Assembly (NCBI GenBank): GCA_040954595.2 | Contig: CM082598.2 | Span: 2,542,001 to 2,606,000 of the forward strand | Reading direction: 5' to 3' | DNA length: 64,000 nt | From: Balanoglossus misakiensis | Taxonomy: Eukaryota; Animalia; Hemichordata | Shown: positions 31,437-45,009 of the stretch, piece by piece | How positions within the stretch are numbered: position 1 is the first letter of the stretch | Layout: every line of letters begins with the position of its first letter | Made by a program: the position numbers and the translations under genes | Notes under the pieces: generated by a model | Databases searched by the model: none | What the model saw: only the letters and a program-made list of their open reading frames with translations | What the model was told of the DNA's origin: nothing

Positions 31437-33847
31437 TTAAACATTAACGATCTGTAAGTCAATCTAAGGCCTCCAAAAACTGAGGAATTAGGTAACGGCT
31501 ATTAAAAGTGGCAAGGTTAATGTTTTCTGTGGTGTTTTCTTCTCTCTGTTGGTCCATAGTTTTTAAGCAAAACAATGTGACTCTCATAGAGTCCCATGCA
31601 ACAGTCCAAGCACGTTAATCAAACCCATTTCATTCCACCACTCTGAGAACATCTGTAGCATTTTGAAATCAACTTCCACCATCAATATAGACTCGATCGC
31701 ACATGAAAAGTTCAGATTATACTCCACTGTGAAGTTGTATTCTGAGAACAGATCCAGAAACTGTTTGTTGACTGGCTATATTAAAGCGAGTCTCTGACTG
31801 CTGGTCACAACAGCTAAGTAAAATCTAATACAAATATGCGGAGTAACGCGATACATGAATGTACATAATTAACACAGTCCCCACATACATAATGGAGCAT
31901 GTTTGCTATGTGCCGAGACTTGTAAATGAGCCTGCCTCCAAAAGAAACTAACGAGAACGGAACCCACATGAGGGAGGGAGGGAGGGTAGCTACCCACCTG
32001 TTGCCCCAAACACAGCAGAAACACCATTCCAACTTCCTTAAAATCCTGACGACGGGATTAAGATTAAGAACCATGGATTAACAAGACGTCCTGAGAAGCT
32101 ACAACTGCAGTAACGGAACACTGGCGAACTGTGGCATCTCAGAGACGCATACTGAAAAATCTATATATTGATGTACATGTTCAACGCGATGTTCTGCATA
32201 GAATTCCTAATGGTCTATTGTCACGCAAATCTCGCGTGAGGTCATATTATAATGAAGGTCGTAGGAGTATAAATACTGCAGGCAGTATACTTTAAAATAT
32301 ACTCAATCCTAAATCATTTCTATCGCTTTCATTTTCTCAAATCATTAAACAGCAGACTAAATGCATTTTCCTTCATTGGCCAGTCCATTCCAAGACCACA
32401 GTTGACAAACTCAAACAGTACGCGATGAACCAGATTTTCAACAAAACTAGTGGATTTCAACTTCAAGGCCAAACACCTGATCCCTGTCTCTCTATCAAAG
32501 ACTGCATTGATCAACCTTTGTTCTCTCTCACGATTTCAGGATAGTTTTCTGGACTTGTCCTGCTGTATATATATACAAAGAATGTCTGACGTTAAACATG
32601 TCATTTTCCTTAAAATTCCCTCACTCCCATACTCCATGTAGTTTTTGGGTTTTTTTGTCTCTTGCGATTAGTGGTACAGAAAGCTTAAGAAGCGCTGATA
32701 CAAACTACTTGTAAAGTGGAAATTGTGAAAAAAAGTCGGCCGTCCCACTACGGACCAAGCCTTTTGTTGGTGAGAAAACTACAGCACTTTGAAAACACAG
32801 AGAAACAAGGGCTGAACAAAAAAGTCTTGAGAAGAGACCAGAGTGTGGGGTTTAATCTCATTGTTGGCAAAACATGATCGCCTCAGAAAGGGCGGCGTTT
32901 GTTGCAGGTACACACAAAACACCGCCAAGCAGGCAATTTGTAAGATGGATGGCAGACTGAGGGATTAGGCCGACTTGGGGACAATGCACACTGGCTCAAT
33001 GATGCAACAGTTGTGGTAGACACAGAACGCGATACTTTCATGTCAAATCTGTTGTGTGTTGTTGTATCTATGCGAGTCTTTCATCTAAAATATCCAAATG
33101 CAGATGGCGTGCAATGAACATTTATATGTTTGTTTCACTGTAGCACAGGTTGCTAGCCAATATACAAGTCGGGTTTTGTGTGAAAATTGATTGGCCATGT
33201 GGTGTATGACCTAAGTCACATGAGAATGTCCTCTCATACCTAACCACGCGAGATCTCCCTGGGTCTCACTCTCATAGAGTTGGAGAATGGTCTGGTCATC
33301 TTGAAATCACATTTTAGCTTGCTAGAGGGCACATTCCTGAGACGCAGGAAAGTTGACTCGAAATTCGCAAAAGTTTGCGTTGATCACCAAGTGTTTTTAG
33401 CCAACTTCTTTTCTTAAAAAACAAGATGGCAAACACCTTTGTATTGAAATGTCTCAGATGTCGTACTATGCAAACATGAAGAGAATCTTCTCTCATTAGT
33501 ATTCTTCACCACGCTTCCGAAGCAATGTACTTTTTTAATGCTCAGTAACTCCTGCTAAACACACAATCGATGCTCTCAGATACCTTTTATTTTTGTATAA
33601 TCTGACACCGACTCAAGACACAATGTTGGTTGTCTTGAAGAAGGCACACTCGGATTTCAATCAATCAATATGCTAATTCGACAACAGTCGAATCTTTTCA
33701 CGAGTGGGAAGTCATAAGTTGCCAGGGTTACCAGTCATTTTACCCAGCATCACTTGCTGGCATGCCCAAATATGGAAACCACCAACTTAGTACATGTACC
33801 CTGCTTTACAGGTATGTCTGGCAGTTCCGCCTAACATACAACCTCAT

Positions 33848-33939
33848 TTAACCCTTCCACCACTATGGTTCAGTCCAAACCTATTGTTTTCTACAGTAAA
33901 GTTGGACATCTATAGAGGGAACTGGGGGTGAAAGGGTTA
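33848..33939 (+). mobile_element. MITE family A copy
   Basis: TTAACCCTTCCACCACTATGGTTCAGTCCAAACC...GGGGTGAAAGGGTTA. Confidence 0.72.
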
Positions 33940-34788
33940 CACTCAGCAAGTCCCATTTGTGGTTGTACAGCATGTGTCTTTTCTGCCAACAGGACTAAAA
34001 GCAGTTCGGGTCTGCAAACAGGTTAAATATAGCAAAGTAAGCCAATTCTATTTATCGGACACTGGTTTCTCTGCCCTCCAGTATTTCTCGCTTTTCTTTG
34101 AAAAGCCCACTGGAGTGAACGGAGAGTAAATTTACCCAGCAAACACACGCCGACAGTGACCACACCGCCTCTACCTTGCGTTGTTTACTTGAACGAGACA
34201 AACACAACAGGATGACACACCTTCTCTGAGTCCAGGAAGAATGCAGACGTTTTGTAAATATTTGAAATAACACAGATTTTAAGCAAATGATGTTGTGTGT
34301 GGTTTAAACACACCCATGGGTCAGTTATCTTCTAGGATACCCAAACCTCCACTGTTCATAGTATCGTACAGTCCAGGTGATGTAGAATGTGCTTGTATTG
34401 CTTTAGCACGCCACTTGCATAAACTTTGCATCAGTGTGCCTTCTAACATAATTTTTAAAAGCTTTGAGCCAATTTCAGCAGTTCTAAAAATTTCTCTGAC
34501 AATGACTTAATTCCTGGTATGGGAGTGAGGAAATAAAAAGAAGTACTTTACGAGCTTCCCTTCATTCGTGTTACAAACACCACCATAAAACATCTTGTCA
34601 GTAACGACAATGACATCAGAAACTTCCAATAGAATTTGTCAGAAGAAACAAACGCATCGGTAAATGCAGGATCGATACTCCCTTATCAATGGGGGGAAAA
34701 AAAAAACTTTTATGGAAACACCCTTTTCTCTTCCCCTTATCCACTCAACCTAACAGCAGCAATTTTTTGTAACATTGAACCCCACCTG

Positions 34789-34945
34789 TTAAAGGGACAC
34801 TAGGTATAACTTTTGGCTTTATTTTTAGTATTTTTGTTCTTTGTACCAAATGCAATTTCTTGTTCTACTCAAAACAGCATGCTTATATACACAGTACTCA
34901 GCTTGTCAACGTACATTGTTATTGTTGACAAATGAATTCTAGTCT
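34789..34945 (+). repeat. Dispersed repeat fragment beginning TTAAAGGGACAC
   Basis: Shares TTAAAGGGACACT...TAACYTTTGGCT...CCAAATGCRATTTCTTGTTCTACTC with 53109-53225; probably a transposon end. Confidence 0.6.
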
Positions 34946-37900
34946 GAACTAGAAAACAAATTTTGCACAATAACAATGTTGACTGTACACATATAGGTTG
35001 TGTTGATAAGCTGGATACTGGGCATTTCATCGTGCTTCAGGGATTTGAACAAGAAACTGCTGTCGGACAGAACAACTAATAAACCCCAAACTCTCCTGAG
35101 CTTAGCCGGGCAAATACATACCAACTCTACCACGGATATCGCCAGCCTTATCACCCGGTCTGACAAACGCAATAAATTCTCCCACCTGGTCCACTGTGAC
35201 AGCCGGTTAAACTTTGACCGAATGCTTCTGAAATCTCGTCAGTGGGACTCGATTGTGCCCCATATCACAAGGTCGGTTATTGACCTGAATCTCCTAACTT
35301 TCTAGTGGTATGGTCTGATTTGATTATCTAGATCAACCAAGTTGCATTTACTAATAGGGGTGGAAGCGGGCATCCTACTTTTTATAGGGTACGCTGCTGA
35401 CTAGCCTGGCAAGAGACGTTGATTTCATTGTTGTGTCAATTTCAGAAATGTATGTCTATAATCAGCACATGAACAGAGACATTTTCAAAATCTTGTTTAC
35501 CTGTCTCCTGAGTCGAATTTCATCCTACAACATTTTACATGCCCTTGAAATTTTTTACATGGCTATGCCAATTTCCTATTTCAATTACCAAACCAAACAC
35601 TAATTTCTTAACCAATTTCACCACAGAGGCTCCTAACAGATTCCAATCAGCCTTTGCCGTCTCAGTTTACACTTGTCTCCGCAAATTGTGCCTTGTAGCG
35701 AAAATGCTATCAAAACCCCAAATCACTTGTTCTCAGAGGTGGGCATGTATGTTTACAATGCTAAATTGAAATTCTCTCTACACTTGGCAATTGGGGAATA
35801 GCAAATTGTGTTTATTCTGCATTAGTGAACAATTTAATAATTTTCCACACAGGGAAAACCAGTTTGCAATTTAGAATATTTACATGTGTAGTGGTCCGTC
35901 AAAGGAATTGGTCAACCTGCACATATCGTGGGAAGGGGTAGGGTGGTTTACATGCACTATCTGACAAAGTGCTGAGGTTTATCCCAACCACATAAAGCCC
36001 TAATTAGCACACTCATTCAAATCTACATACATGTACTTGTTAATGTTGATTGTTCCCAGTTGTGATATCACATGTACATGAAACCCTATAAAAAAAAGAG
36101 GTTATTGGCCTCTTTAGATCAGTCAGATCTTGAGAATTCAATATTTCACAATATTACTACGTATACAGACATGTTCGTTTTAAACTTATCCTATATCACG
36201 GCAGATACAGATGTAACCATTACTGGCATGTAGCACAATGTTTCCATGAATTATGTTGCCACGGTAACCATCCATGACACATCCTGACGCTGGTAAGAAA
36301 AGATCGCAGTGCAACTTACGAAATGGCAATGACCTTGTCCCTTAGACGAGCGTGTCAATGCAGAGTCAAAACATCCAGCCAGGTGGTTTTGTGAACAAAA
36401 AAATTATTCAAAGACAAACAATGGAGACATTCCTGTCAGAGGAGCTTTCCGAGGACAACTGCGCCTGACCACACACGGGGAATCCAGTCCTCTGCCCTGA
36501 CACTGCTGGCTGAGGACTTTGGAAAATAAAACAAACACACTGTGAATGGGCTTTGGTGTGGGGATTTCTGAACAAATACCAGCATACACGCTATTGTCTG
36601 ATTTCAATAATACACTAAACCACTGGATTAGGGCCACCTTTCACAGCCAGTCGACAAAATTCTAACAACTGAAATATCTGTGCTTCAAAACAGTGCTTGT
36701 TGAAAATCTGTCATAATACATTATTTTCACAGTCTATACCAATACAATATCTACTAAGGTACTAGTACATCATATGCAGTGGAAGTAACAAGGGCTAAAT
36801 TTTAAATTAATCTGTTCTCCAGAAAAGTTGGATTGTTTATGTTTCAATCAGCAAGTGATTTACAGAGCCACAACAGTACCTTGATTTTTCTATTGACAAT
36901 AATTTAAATTGGTACAACACCGATATGCAGGCCGATCTCTACTCACATAATTTATATGTATGCATAATCGGATACAAAATGTCAAAATAAACTAGCACGC
37001 GACTGACTGACTAGTACATTAAAAGTGAAATGTACATGATGTCACTTTCACAACGATCACGCTTATTTTAAAAGCATAATAACACATTTCTAACTACAAC
37101 CACGATCAAAAACCGACATTGCCATGCTAGAAGTAAACACGGCTTGCCTTACAAGCTGTGAGGTTACACTGCGGTCACAAGATCAATTTTTAAGTCATCG
37201 TTTACAATGGTTGGTATGGGTTACCGGGTAACTTTGGTCTTCACTGGCGTGTTGCCTGTGGCGGCACTTCAGATATACTGAAAATTCGACGTATTTTTTA
37301 TTCGTCACGAGATTGTTTGATGACGATCAACAAAACTTCATAGAAAGCAACGTCGGTGACTTCGATGGGGTCTATCGATTTGCCCGGAGTCTGGTTACTT
37401 CGGACTGGAAACTATATGGGGTACTGAGTATCGACCGTCATGACGTGGTATGTCGTGGCGATCGGACAGCGTCCTTGCACTGCGCTTGTTCAACAGTGTT
37501 GCCATGGTTTTAGGTTTGTTGACACGACGTGAACAGGGGGGCGTGGCAAGGAAAACATTGATGTGTGAGGGGTAACAAGGATCTAGCAGACATCCAAGGT
37601 TTCGCGTTGATGTAATTCAGATAAATATTACAATCCCGACCCCCATGACAGGTGTCAGAAGTATTATCGACCTACCCCGTTCCGTTGGTGACTTCCACGC
37701 TCTACTCTCCTGGTTTCAACAAAATCACGGCACACCGACACTCAAGGGAAGACTTGAATCCACTGGACAAGCATATTCGGGACGGAATACGATCGGAATT
37801 GTCGCAATCCTTCACTGAAATACGGCTAGCTGATCGATTTCTTACCCTGCGACGGCATTTCTTCGAGATTGTTATGGTTATCTGCGCAACGGTACTGCGC

Positions 37901-37967
37901 AATGAACTCTTGATTGGCTGACAGTTTTCAAACAGCAGAGGGCGCACTACAAGGTCGACTACGGCGA

Positions 37968-38450
37968 ATTTATACACGTGGCCGTGGTTCTTAACAAAAA
38001 TCGTGGTTCTTACGTTGTTCTGCCTTAAAAGTCAAAAATATTAGCAGTTCTAGCTTACAAAGTCATATTTTTAGTCGATGCGACGATAATTTCTCATTAT
38101 TAACTAACAATTATTGTAATTTATCACTCCTATATCATCAAGGTTCTTAGATAGGAATTTATACACGTGGCTGTGGTTCTTAACAAAAATCGTGGTTGTT
38201 ACGTTTTTCTGCCTTTAAAAGTAAAAAAAATTCGAGGTTCTAGCTTTCGAAGTCATATTTTTAGTCAATGCGACGATAATTTCTCATTATTAATTATCAA
38301 TTATTGTAATTTATCCCTCCGACATCATCAAGGTTCTTAGATAGGAATTTATACGTGGCCGATATCATCAAGGTTCTTAATAGATAGGAATTTATACGTG
38401 GCCAATATCGTCAAGGTTCTTAGATAGGAATTTATACACGTTGCGTGGTT
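37968..38450 (+). repeat. Tandem duplication (~187 bp x2) followed by ~41-bp repeats
   Basis: GAATTTATACACGTGGCYGTGGTTCTTAACAAAAATCGTGG is repeated, then ATCATCAAGGTTCTTAGATAGGAATTTATAC repeats. Confidence 0.8.
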
Positions 38451-38452
38451 CT

Positions 38453-40860
38453 TGGTTTTTAGCTCATGAAAGTTTTTCATGGGTTATACTTATAGCTTAT
38501 GAAAAATTTTCATGGGTTATAACATGAAATTTTTCGAGAATTGAAATTTTCATTTTGGACATTTTTCATGGTTTATAGCTCATGAATTTTTTTCATGGAT
38601 TATAAGTCATGAAAATTTTCAAGAATTGAAATTTTCGTTTTGGACATTTTTCATGGTTTTTAGCTCATGAAAATCATTCTCGCCCCACCAGACTACGGAT
38701 TTCTTTCGTTTCAATATCGAAATCACGTACTCTGGTTAAAATGGAGTACCGCGCTGGTATTTGAACATATTGGTAATGCATATTCATGAGATGACATCAT
38801 TATAATCTGGCCAATCAAACTTCACGTTCTTCGCTCTCACTCAGACTCTGAGCACTGCCACTGCTGGAAGCCGCCATGTTGTTTAGAATGAGATGTAATG
38901 AGATGCGTGAATGGGATGTAACAAGCAATCTGATTGGTTGTTGGTTGTTGGTTGATTGGCCGTATTATACCACGGCCTTTTTTGCGGGAGCAGAGCGCTG
39001 CCGTAAAAGGGCTGTGGTTTGCGACGATGATGAAAATTTTTCATGGGTTATAGCTCATGAATTTTTTTCATGGGTTATAAGTCATGAAAATTTTCAAGAA
39101 TTGAAATTTTCATTTTGGACATTTTTCATGGTTTTTAGCTCATGAAAATTTTTCATGGGTTATAGCTCATGAATTTTTTTCATGGGTTATAAGTCATGAA
39201 AATTTTCAAGAATTGAAATTTTCATTTTGGACATTTTTCATGGTTTTTAGCTCCTGAAAATTTTTCATGGGTTATAGCTCATGAATTTTTTTCATGGGTT
39301 ATAAGTCATGAAAATTTTCAAGAATTGAAATTTTCATTTTGGACATTTTTCATGGTTTTTAGCTCCTGAAAATTTTTCATGGGTTATAGCTCATGAATTT
39401 TTTTCATGGGTTATAAGTCATGAAAATTTTCAAGAATTGAAATTTTCATTTTGGACATTTTTCATGGTTTTTAGCTCCTGAAAATTTTTCATGGGTTATA
39501 GCTCATGAATTTTTTTCATGGGTTATAAGTCACGAAAATTTTCAAGAATTGAAATTTTCATTTTGGACATTTTTCATGTTTTTTAGCTCCTGAAAATTTT
39601 TCATGGGTTATAGCTCATGAATTTTTTTCATGGGTTATAAGTCACGAAAATTTTCAAGAATTGAAATTTTCATTTTGGACATTTTTCATGTTTTTTAGCT
39701 CCTGAAAATTTTTCATGGGTTATAGCTCATGAATTTTTTTCATGGGTTATAAGTCACGAAAATTTTCAAGAATTGAAATTTTCATTTTGGACATTTTTCA
39801 TGGTTTTTAGCTCATGAAAATTTTTCATGGGTTATAGCTCATGAATTTTTTTCATGGGTTATAAGTCACGAAAATTTTCAAGAATTGAAATTTTCATTTT
39901 GGACATTTTTCATGGTTTTTAGCTCATGAAAATTTTTCATGGGTTATAGCTCATGAATTTTTTTCATGGGTTATAAGTCACGAAAATTTTCAAGAATTGA
40001 AATTTTCATTTTGGACATTTTTCATGGTTTTTAGCTCATGAAAATTTTTCATGGGTTATAGCTCATGAATTTTTTTCATGGGTTATAAGTCATGAAAATT
40101 TTCAAGAATTGAAATTTTCATTTTGGACATTTTTCATGGTTTTTAGCTCCTGAAAATTTTTCATGGGTTATAGCTCATGAATTTTTTTCATGGGTTATAA
40201 GTCACGAAAATTTTCAAGAATTGAAATTTTCATTTTGGACATTTTTCATGTTTTTTAGCTCCTGAAAATTTTTCATGGGTTATAGCTCATGAATTTTTTT
40301 CATGGGTTATAAGTCACGAAAATTTTCAAGAATTGAAATTTTCATTTTGGTCATTTTTCATGTTTTTTAGCTCCTGAAAATTTTTCATGGGTTATAGCTC
40401 ATGAATTTTTTTCATGGGTTATAAGTCACGAAAATTTTCAAGAATTGAAATTTTCATTTTGGACATTTTTCATGGTTTTTAGCTCATGAAAATTTTTCAT
40501 GGGTTATAGCTCATGAATTTTTTTCATGGGTTATAAGTCACGAAAATTTTCAAGAATTGAAATTTTCATTTTGGACATTTTTCATGGTTTTTAGCTCATG
40601 AAAATTTTTCATGGGTTATAGCTCATGAATTTTTTTCATGGGTTATAAGTCACGAAAATTTTCAAGAATTGAAATTTTCATTTTGGACATTTTTCATGGT
40701 TTTTAGCTCACGAAAATTTTTCATGGGTTATAGCTCATGATTTTTTTTCATGGGTTATAAGTCATGAAAATTTTCAAGAATTGAAATTTTCATTTTGGAC
40801 ATTTTTCATGGTTTATAGCTCATGAAAATTTTTCATGGGTTATAAGTCATGAATTTTTTT
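38453..40860. repeat. Satellite array, 112-bp unit (~16 copies right of the insertion, ~2 left), interrupted by a MITE
   Basis: Period measured from 39451 to 39563. The unit contains three TTTTCATGG...CATGAA sub-repeats. Confidence 0.95.
38675..39029. mobile_element. 355-bp MITE with CAT...ATG ends and 8-bp TSD (P-element or hAT type), family C copy 1
   Basis: TSD ATGAAAAT at 38667-38674 and 39030-39037; ends CATTCTCGC and GCGACGATG; strong subterminal hairpin. Confidence 0.85.
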
Positions 40861-41330
40861 TTCAACGAAACAGTAGAGTAGATGGGTACCTGGCTGGCCG
40901 GATGCAAATTTGGGAACTCAAATAACATTGATGAAGAGGAAAATAAGTGCATTTAATACTTTTATTTAAATACATATCTGAAATCAATACACACAAACAC
41001 TTCAATAACTCTAATAACACACTTTAAACCTCTTCACACCTTTTTCTTGCTTCAGGTAGCGGAAGATGAAACCACACTTGATGGACAGAACAAAAAGGAT
41101 GAAGAAATAATGAAACATTACAGATAGTGAGCGTTTACATCACACAGAGTTATCAATTATCAAATATAGATGTATTTTACATTGATTAGTATCTTTGTAT
41201 TTAAATAAAAATCGCTGGTCTAAATGAAGTCAGATGGTTACACGTACACACAGTGGATGTTATATTTGACGCTGGTGATATCTAGAGATAGACAGAAATA
41301 AAAGAGAACAATTAGTTATTTAAGAAATGA

Positions 41331-41818
41331 CATTCTCGCCCCACCAGACTACGGATTTCTTTCGTTTCACTATCGAAATCACGTACTCTGGTTAAAATGG
41401 AGTACCGCGCTGGTATTTGAACATATTGGTAATGCATATTCATGAGATGACATCATTATAATCTGGCCAATCAAAGCCCGTCTCTCACTCAGACTCAGAG
41501 CACTGCCACCATGTTGTTTAGAATGAGATGTAATGAGATGCGTGAATGGGATGTAACAAGCAATCTGATTGGTTGTTGGATGTACTATGAAAGAATGAGA
41601 TGTAATGAGATGCGTGAATGGGATGTAACAAGCAATCTGATTGGTTGTTGGATGTACTATGAAAGAATGAGATGTAATGAGATGCGTGAATGGGATGTAA
41701 CAAGCAATCTGATTGGTTGTTGGATATACTATGAAAGCGCCTAGACCAAATACTGAATACATGGCCTTTTTGCGGGGAGCAGAGCGCTTCCGTAAAAGGG
41801 CCGTGGTTTGCGACGATG
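41331..41818. mobile_element. 488-bp MITE family C copy 2, with an internal 72-bp x3 tandem expansion
   Basis: TSD AGAAATGA at 41323-41330 and 41819-41826; same termini as copy 1; 72-bp unit starts at 41521, 41593 and 41665. Confidence 0.87.
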
Positions 41819-42488
41819 AGAAATGACTTTACCCAAATACACTGGACTATTTTTTGATTAACATTCAATTAATAATTACAATTTCTTAGTCTGATGTTAG
41901 TAACTGCTGTACTTCAAGCGTTTATGAAGGTTGGACATAGAATAAGATACAATAGAGAAAGATGGGTTGGGCTGTTTGAGCAATGAAAACAAATCAATTA
42001 GCTGTCAGACAGGAATTTTGGACAGCTCCAATAGACTTTTGTCTTGCGAGATTTGAAAGAAATTCATCTTCGCTTGTGGGAGGAAGGACGCACCTGGATT
42101 GACAGATCCAATTTGTACCCCCCCCCCCCCCCCCTACTGGAACATTCCCATGGGAACAAATAAAACAATTACCTCACAACTATCATTGTTCCAAGTGCCA
42201 CTTTGTTCTTTCAAGTAACCGCATCTGGCTTGCTTCACAGTCATTGCGAATTTGACTTTCCTTTCTGCATCAGGAAGAGAAAAATCCATATAGAGTTATA
42301 TATACCGGTATATCGCTGTAAAGATATTATATTCAAGACAAACAAAATAAAATCATTGTATGCATAATTTACAATGAATAAAGTTTATATGCAACTTGCA
42401 CTTTGTTCTGTAGAGTTTATTATTGACTTTTTAGTCACATCTCTGTACATGTACCAGTGAGTATACAGTTGTATACAGATCGTCCAAA

Positions 42489-45009
42489 ATGGGGAGATCT
42501 CGAATCAGATGTTTCGTCACAGAAACCCTCCTTTTCCTTCTGTTTTCCTGTACTATTTCAACTGAGGCCGGGCTCAGTGGGCTCCCAGAATGTATCTCTG
42601 GCCACAACTATTGCCACAGATCTGACGTCTGTGCTTATGTGTTCACCATCGAGAGGAACAGCGATGACACCTGCCCTGCCCTGGCACAGGCCATGGGTAA
42701 ACTCGAAGATATACATGCCGATGTCGACTTACTGAACGAGAAACATCAACAGACAAGCGTTCAGATAGACGGTGTGGAAGGAGAAGTTGACTCCTTACTT
42801 AGTATGATTTATCAGCTCAACGAAGGCCTCAACAGACTGGGCGCCGGAGTTGACCTCCAACCACATCAACTACCCAGACACGAGACTCAAATCACTGACC
42901 TGCAGAACCAAATTGACAGACTGAACTGTCTAGTAGGTGGGTGAAAATGGCAATTATGTATCACTACTTTTAACACATTTTCAAGTTACTTTGATTATTA
43001 CAGTCAACATGTCTATAGTGGCCAGTCAAGGGACTTCCCTTAACTGGCCTTTATAGACAGGTGGCCTTTACATGTGAATTGCACAGGGACTGTAACATTA
43101 AGTGGCCACTATATAGAGGTAACCACTATATAGGGGTGGCCACTAACAGAGGTTTGACTGTACATGTATTGATTGGCAGGGTCTCCCATGAAAAAGGGGA
43201 ACAATTCTGATGGTGTTTACAAACAGAAACATAATTGCACATGAGCAGTTCAGACAACACTTCCCCTTTAAAGAACAACTTTTGCCATATCGCGTTATTC
43301 TTTTGAACTGATTCAAACTCTCAAACCCACACCCACAATTCCAGACAGCATCACGTTCCTCATTAAAAGATCTACCATCTAACGGTACAAGGGTTTAGTA
43401 ATAAGTAAACAAAATACATTTTGGTTCTTTGTGACTTCAGTGTATTTATCAAGTATTCAGTGTAATCACCACAAAAATCACAGGACGTCAAACCTTGACT
43501 CACTGAGACATATCGGCTGAGACAATAGTACAGGGGTTACAATGCACTATAGATAAGAAGATATGTTTGTATGTCAAGGCTTGCAATAATGGGTCACTAT
43601 ATTCTTCGATATCAAATAACGTCAGACGTGCTCAGGCGGCAGTTACGTTCGCATTCAAATTTCCAGCTGACGGGCAACTTCAACAACGTGGTCCAGGCAA
43701 AGACTGTGCAGACGAAACTCCATGAGGCAGATAAGGCCCCATACCTGATACACGTTACGTGTCTGACGGTTCTTAAGTAAAAACAGTCACAGAAAAACTT
43801 TAACTGGATGCCGAAATATTGCTTGCCCGTCATCTGGAAATGACAACGCCGTTGGTCACATGGCCAGATCACGTGATTGATAGTAGAGAATAGTCTCAGG
43901 TTCCTGTGCCCCAAATCTACAACTAGCTGGCTGGCGGTAAGTGCAACAGTCAGGAACCCAGATATGGTTCAATGCACTCTGTAGATGCAAGTTACAGTGT
44001 CCAATGTATTGTTTGCGATGAGTGAGTTCCCTTTGACCTGATTGTAATATGGTGCATCTGTCCCTCGGTGATGCGGACTTAAAGATATACGTTCTGTTCA
44101 CCTTTGCATAATGAGCCAGTACAGTTAGAGGTGATGGTATGTCTAATAAAGATGTCAGTTCCCAGCATTCATCAGAGAGTGATTATCCTACTGTTCGTTA
44201 CATCAGGGTTCATACTCTAATGTTAAACCCAACTTGATTTCATTGCGAATCCACATTCATTGTCTGAACATATTGATTTCTCCTGATTTCAGAAAGGAAA
44301 ACTCTGGAGTTAGGGAGTACAGATACCAATATAGTGCCTTCTGTGTCTGTTCCTCCCCTCACTGCTTTGACATCTTGCATCCGTGCAAAACCTGTAGAGG
44401 CCAGCAGATCCCCATCCCTTGTGTCGTATGCTGTGACAGGCGATTACAATGAATTCATCATGCACGACACAGCCGGTCTTATGGTCTTCATCAAATCAGC
44501 CAATCAAGCAACGTCATTGAATGTAAACGATGGCACCTGGCATCACCTGTGTGTCACATGGTCTTCCAGCGGCGGGACCTGGAAATACTACCACAACGGC
44601 GTCTTATTCGACAGTGGCACGGGTCTCAAGAGTGGCCAGACTGTAACTGGTGGTGGTACTATCGTCCTTGGACAGGAGCAAGATTCAGTTGGTGGTGGAT
44701 TCACCTCGGATCAAGCTTTCCTTGGCAGTCTGTCCGAATTCAACATGTGGTCCAGAGTTCTCAGCGATGACGAGATTGCTGAAGTAGAACACGACTGCTC
44801 CGTTGGTGGCGACATATTTGCATGGGGTACTGATCAGCTGCAAGTATCGGGCGATGTAACCGAGAAAATCGGATGCACTTGTAAGTACCAACTGCACTTT
44901 TTCACCATGTCATTCAGGCAAAATGAAAACACCAGCTACTTTACTTAACGGCTTTATCTAATACATGCATTATGTCTTTATATTTTGTTTTATTTTCACA
45001 GGCGAATGA
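42489..45009 (+). CDS. Secreted protein: signal peptide, Cys motif, coiled coil and C-terminal pentraxin domain
   Basis: Exons 42489-42936, 44293-44880, 45002-45009 in phase. Pentraxin signature WHHLCVTWSS, plus IVLGQEQDSVGGGF and AFLGSLSEFNMWSRVLS; heptad-rich linker. Confidence 0.9.
43001..43160 (-). mobile_element. Tc1/mariner-type MITE family B copy
   Basis: TA-CAGTCAAC...GGTTTGACTG-TA with TA on both sides. Confidence 0.75.

Noticed and set aside
25000-37950. Short ORFs in the intergenic region (e.g. 27434-27832, 35000-35305, 37652-37977)
   Set aside because: No recognisable motifs or consistent exon chains.
38675-41818. LTR pair flanking the 112-bp satellite
   Set aside because: Each copy has its own distinct 8-bp TSD and inverted termini.
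41379-41868. ORFs with 24-aa repeats
   Set aside because: Translations of the 72-bp repeat inside the MITE.
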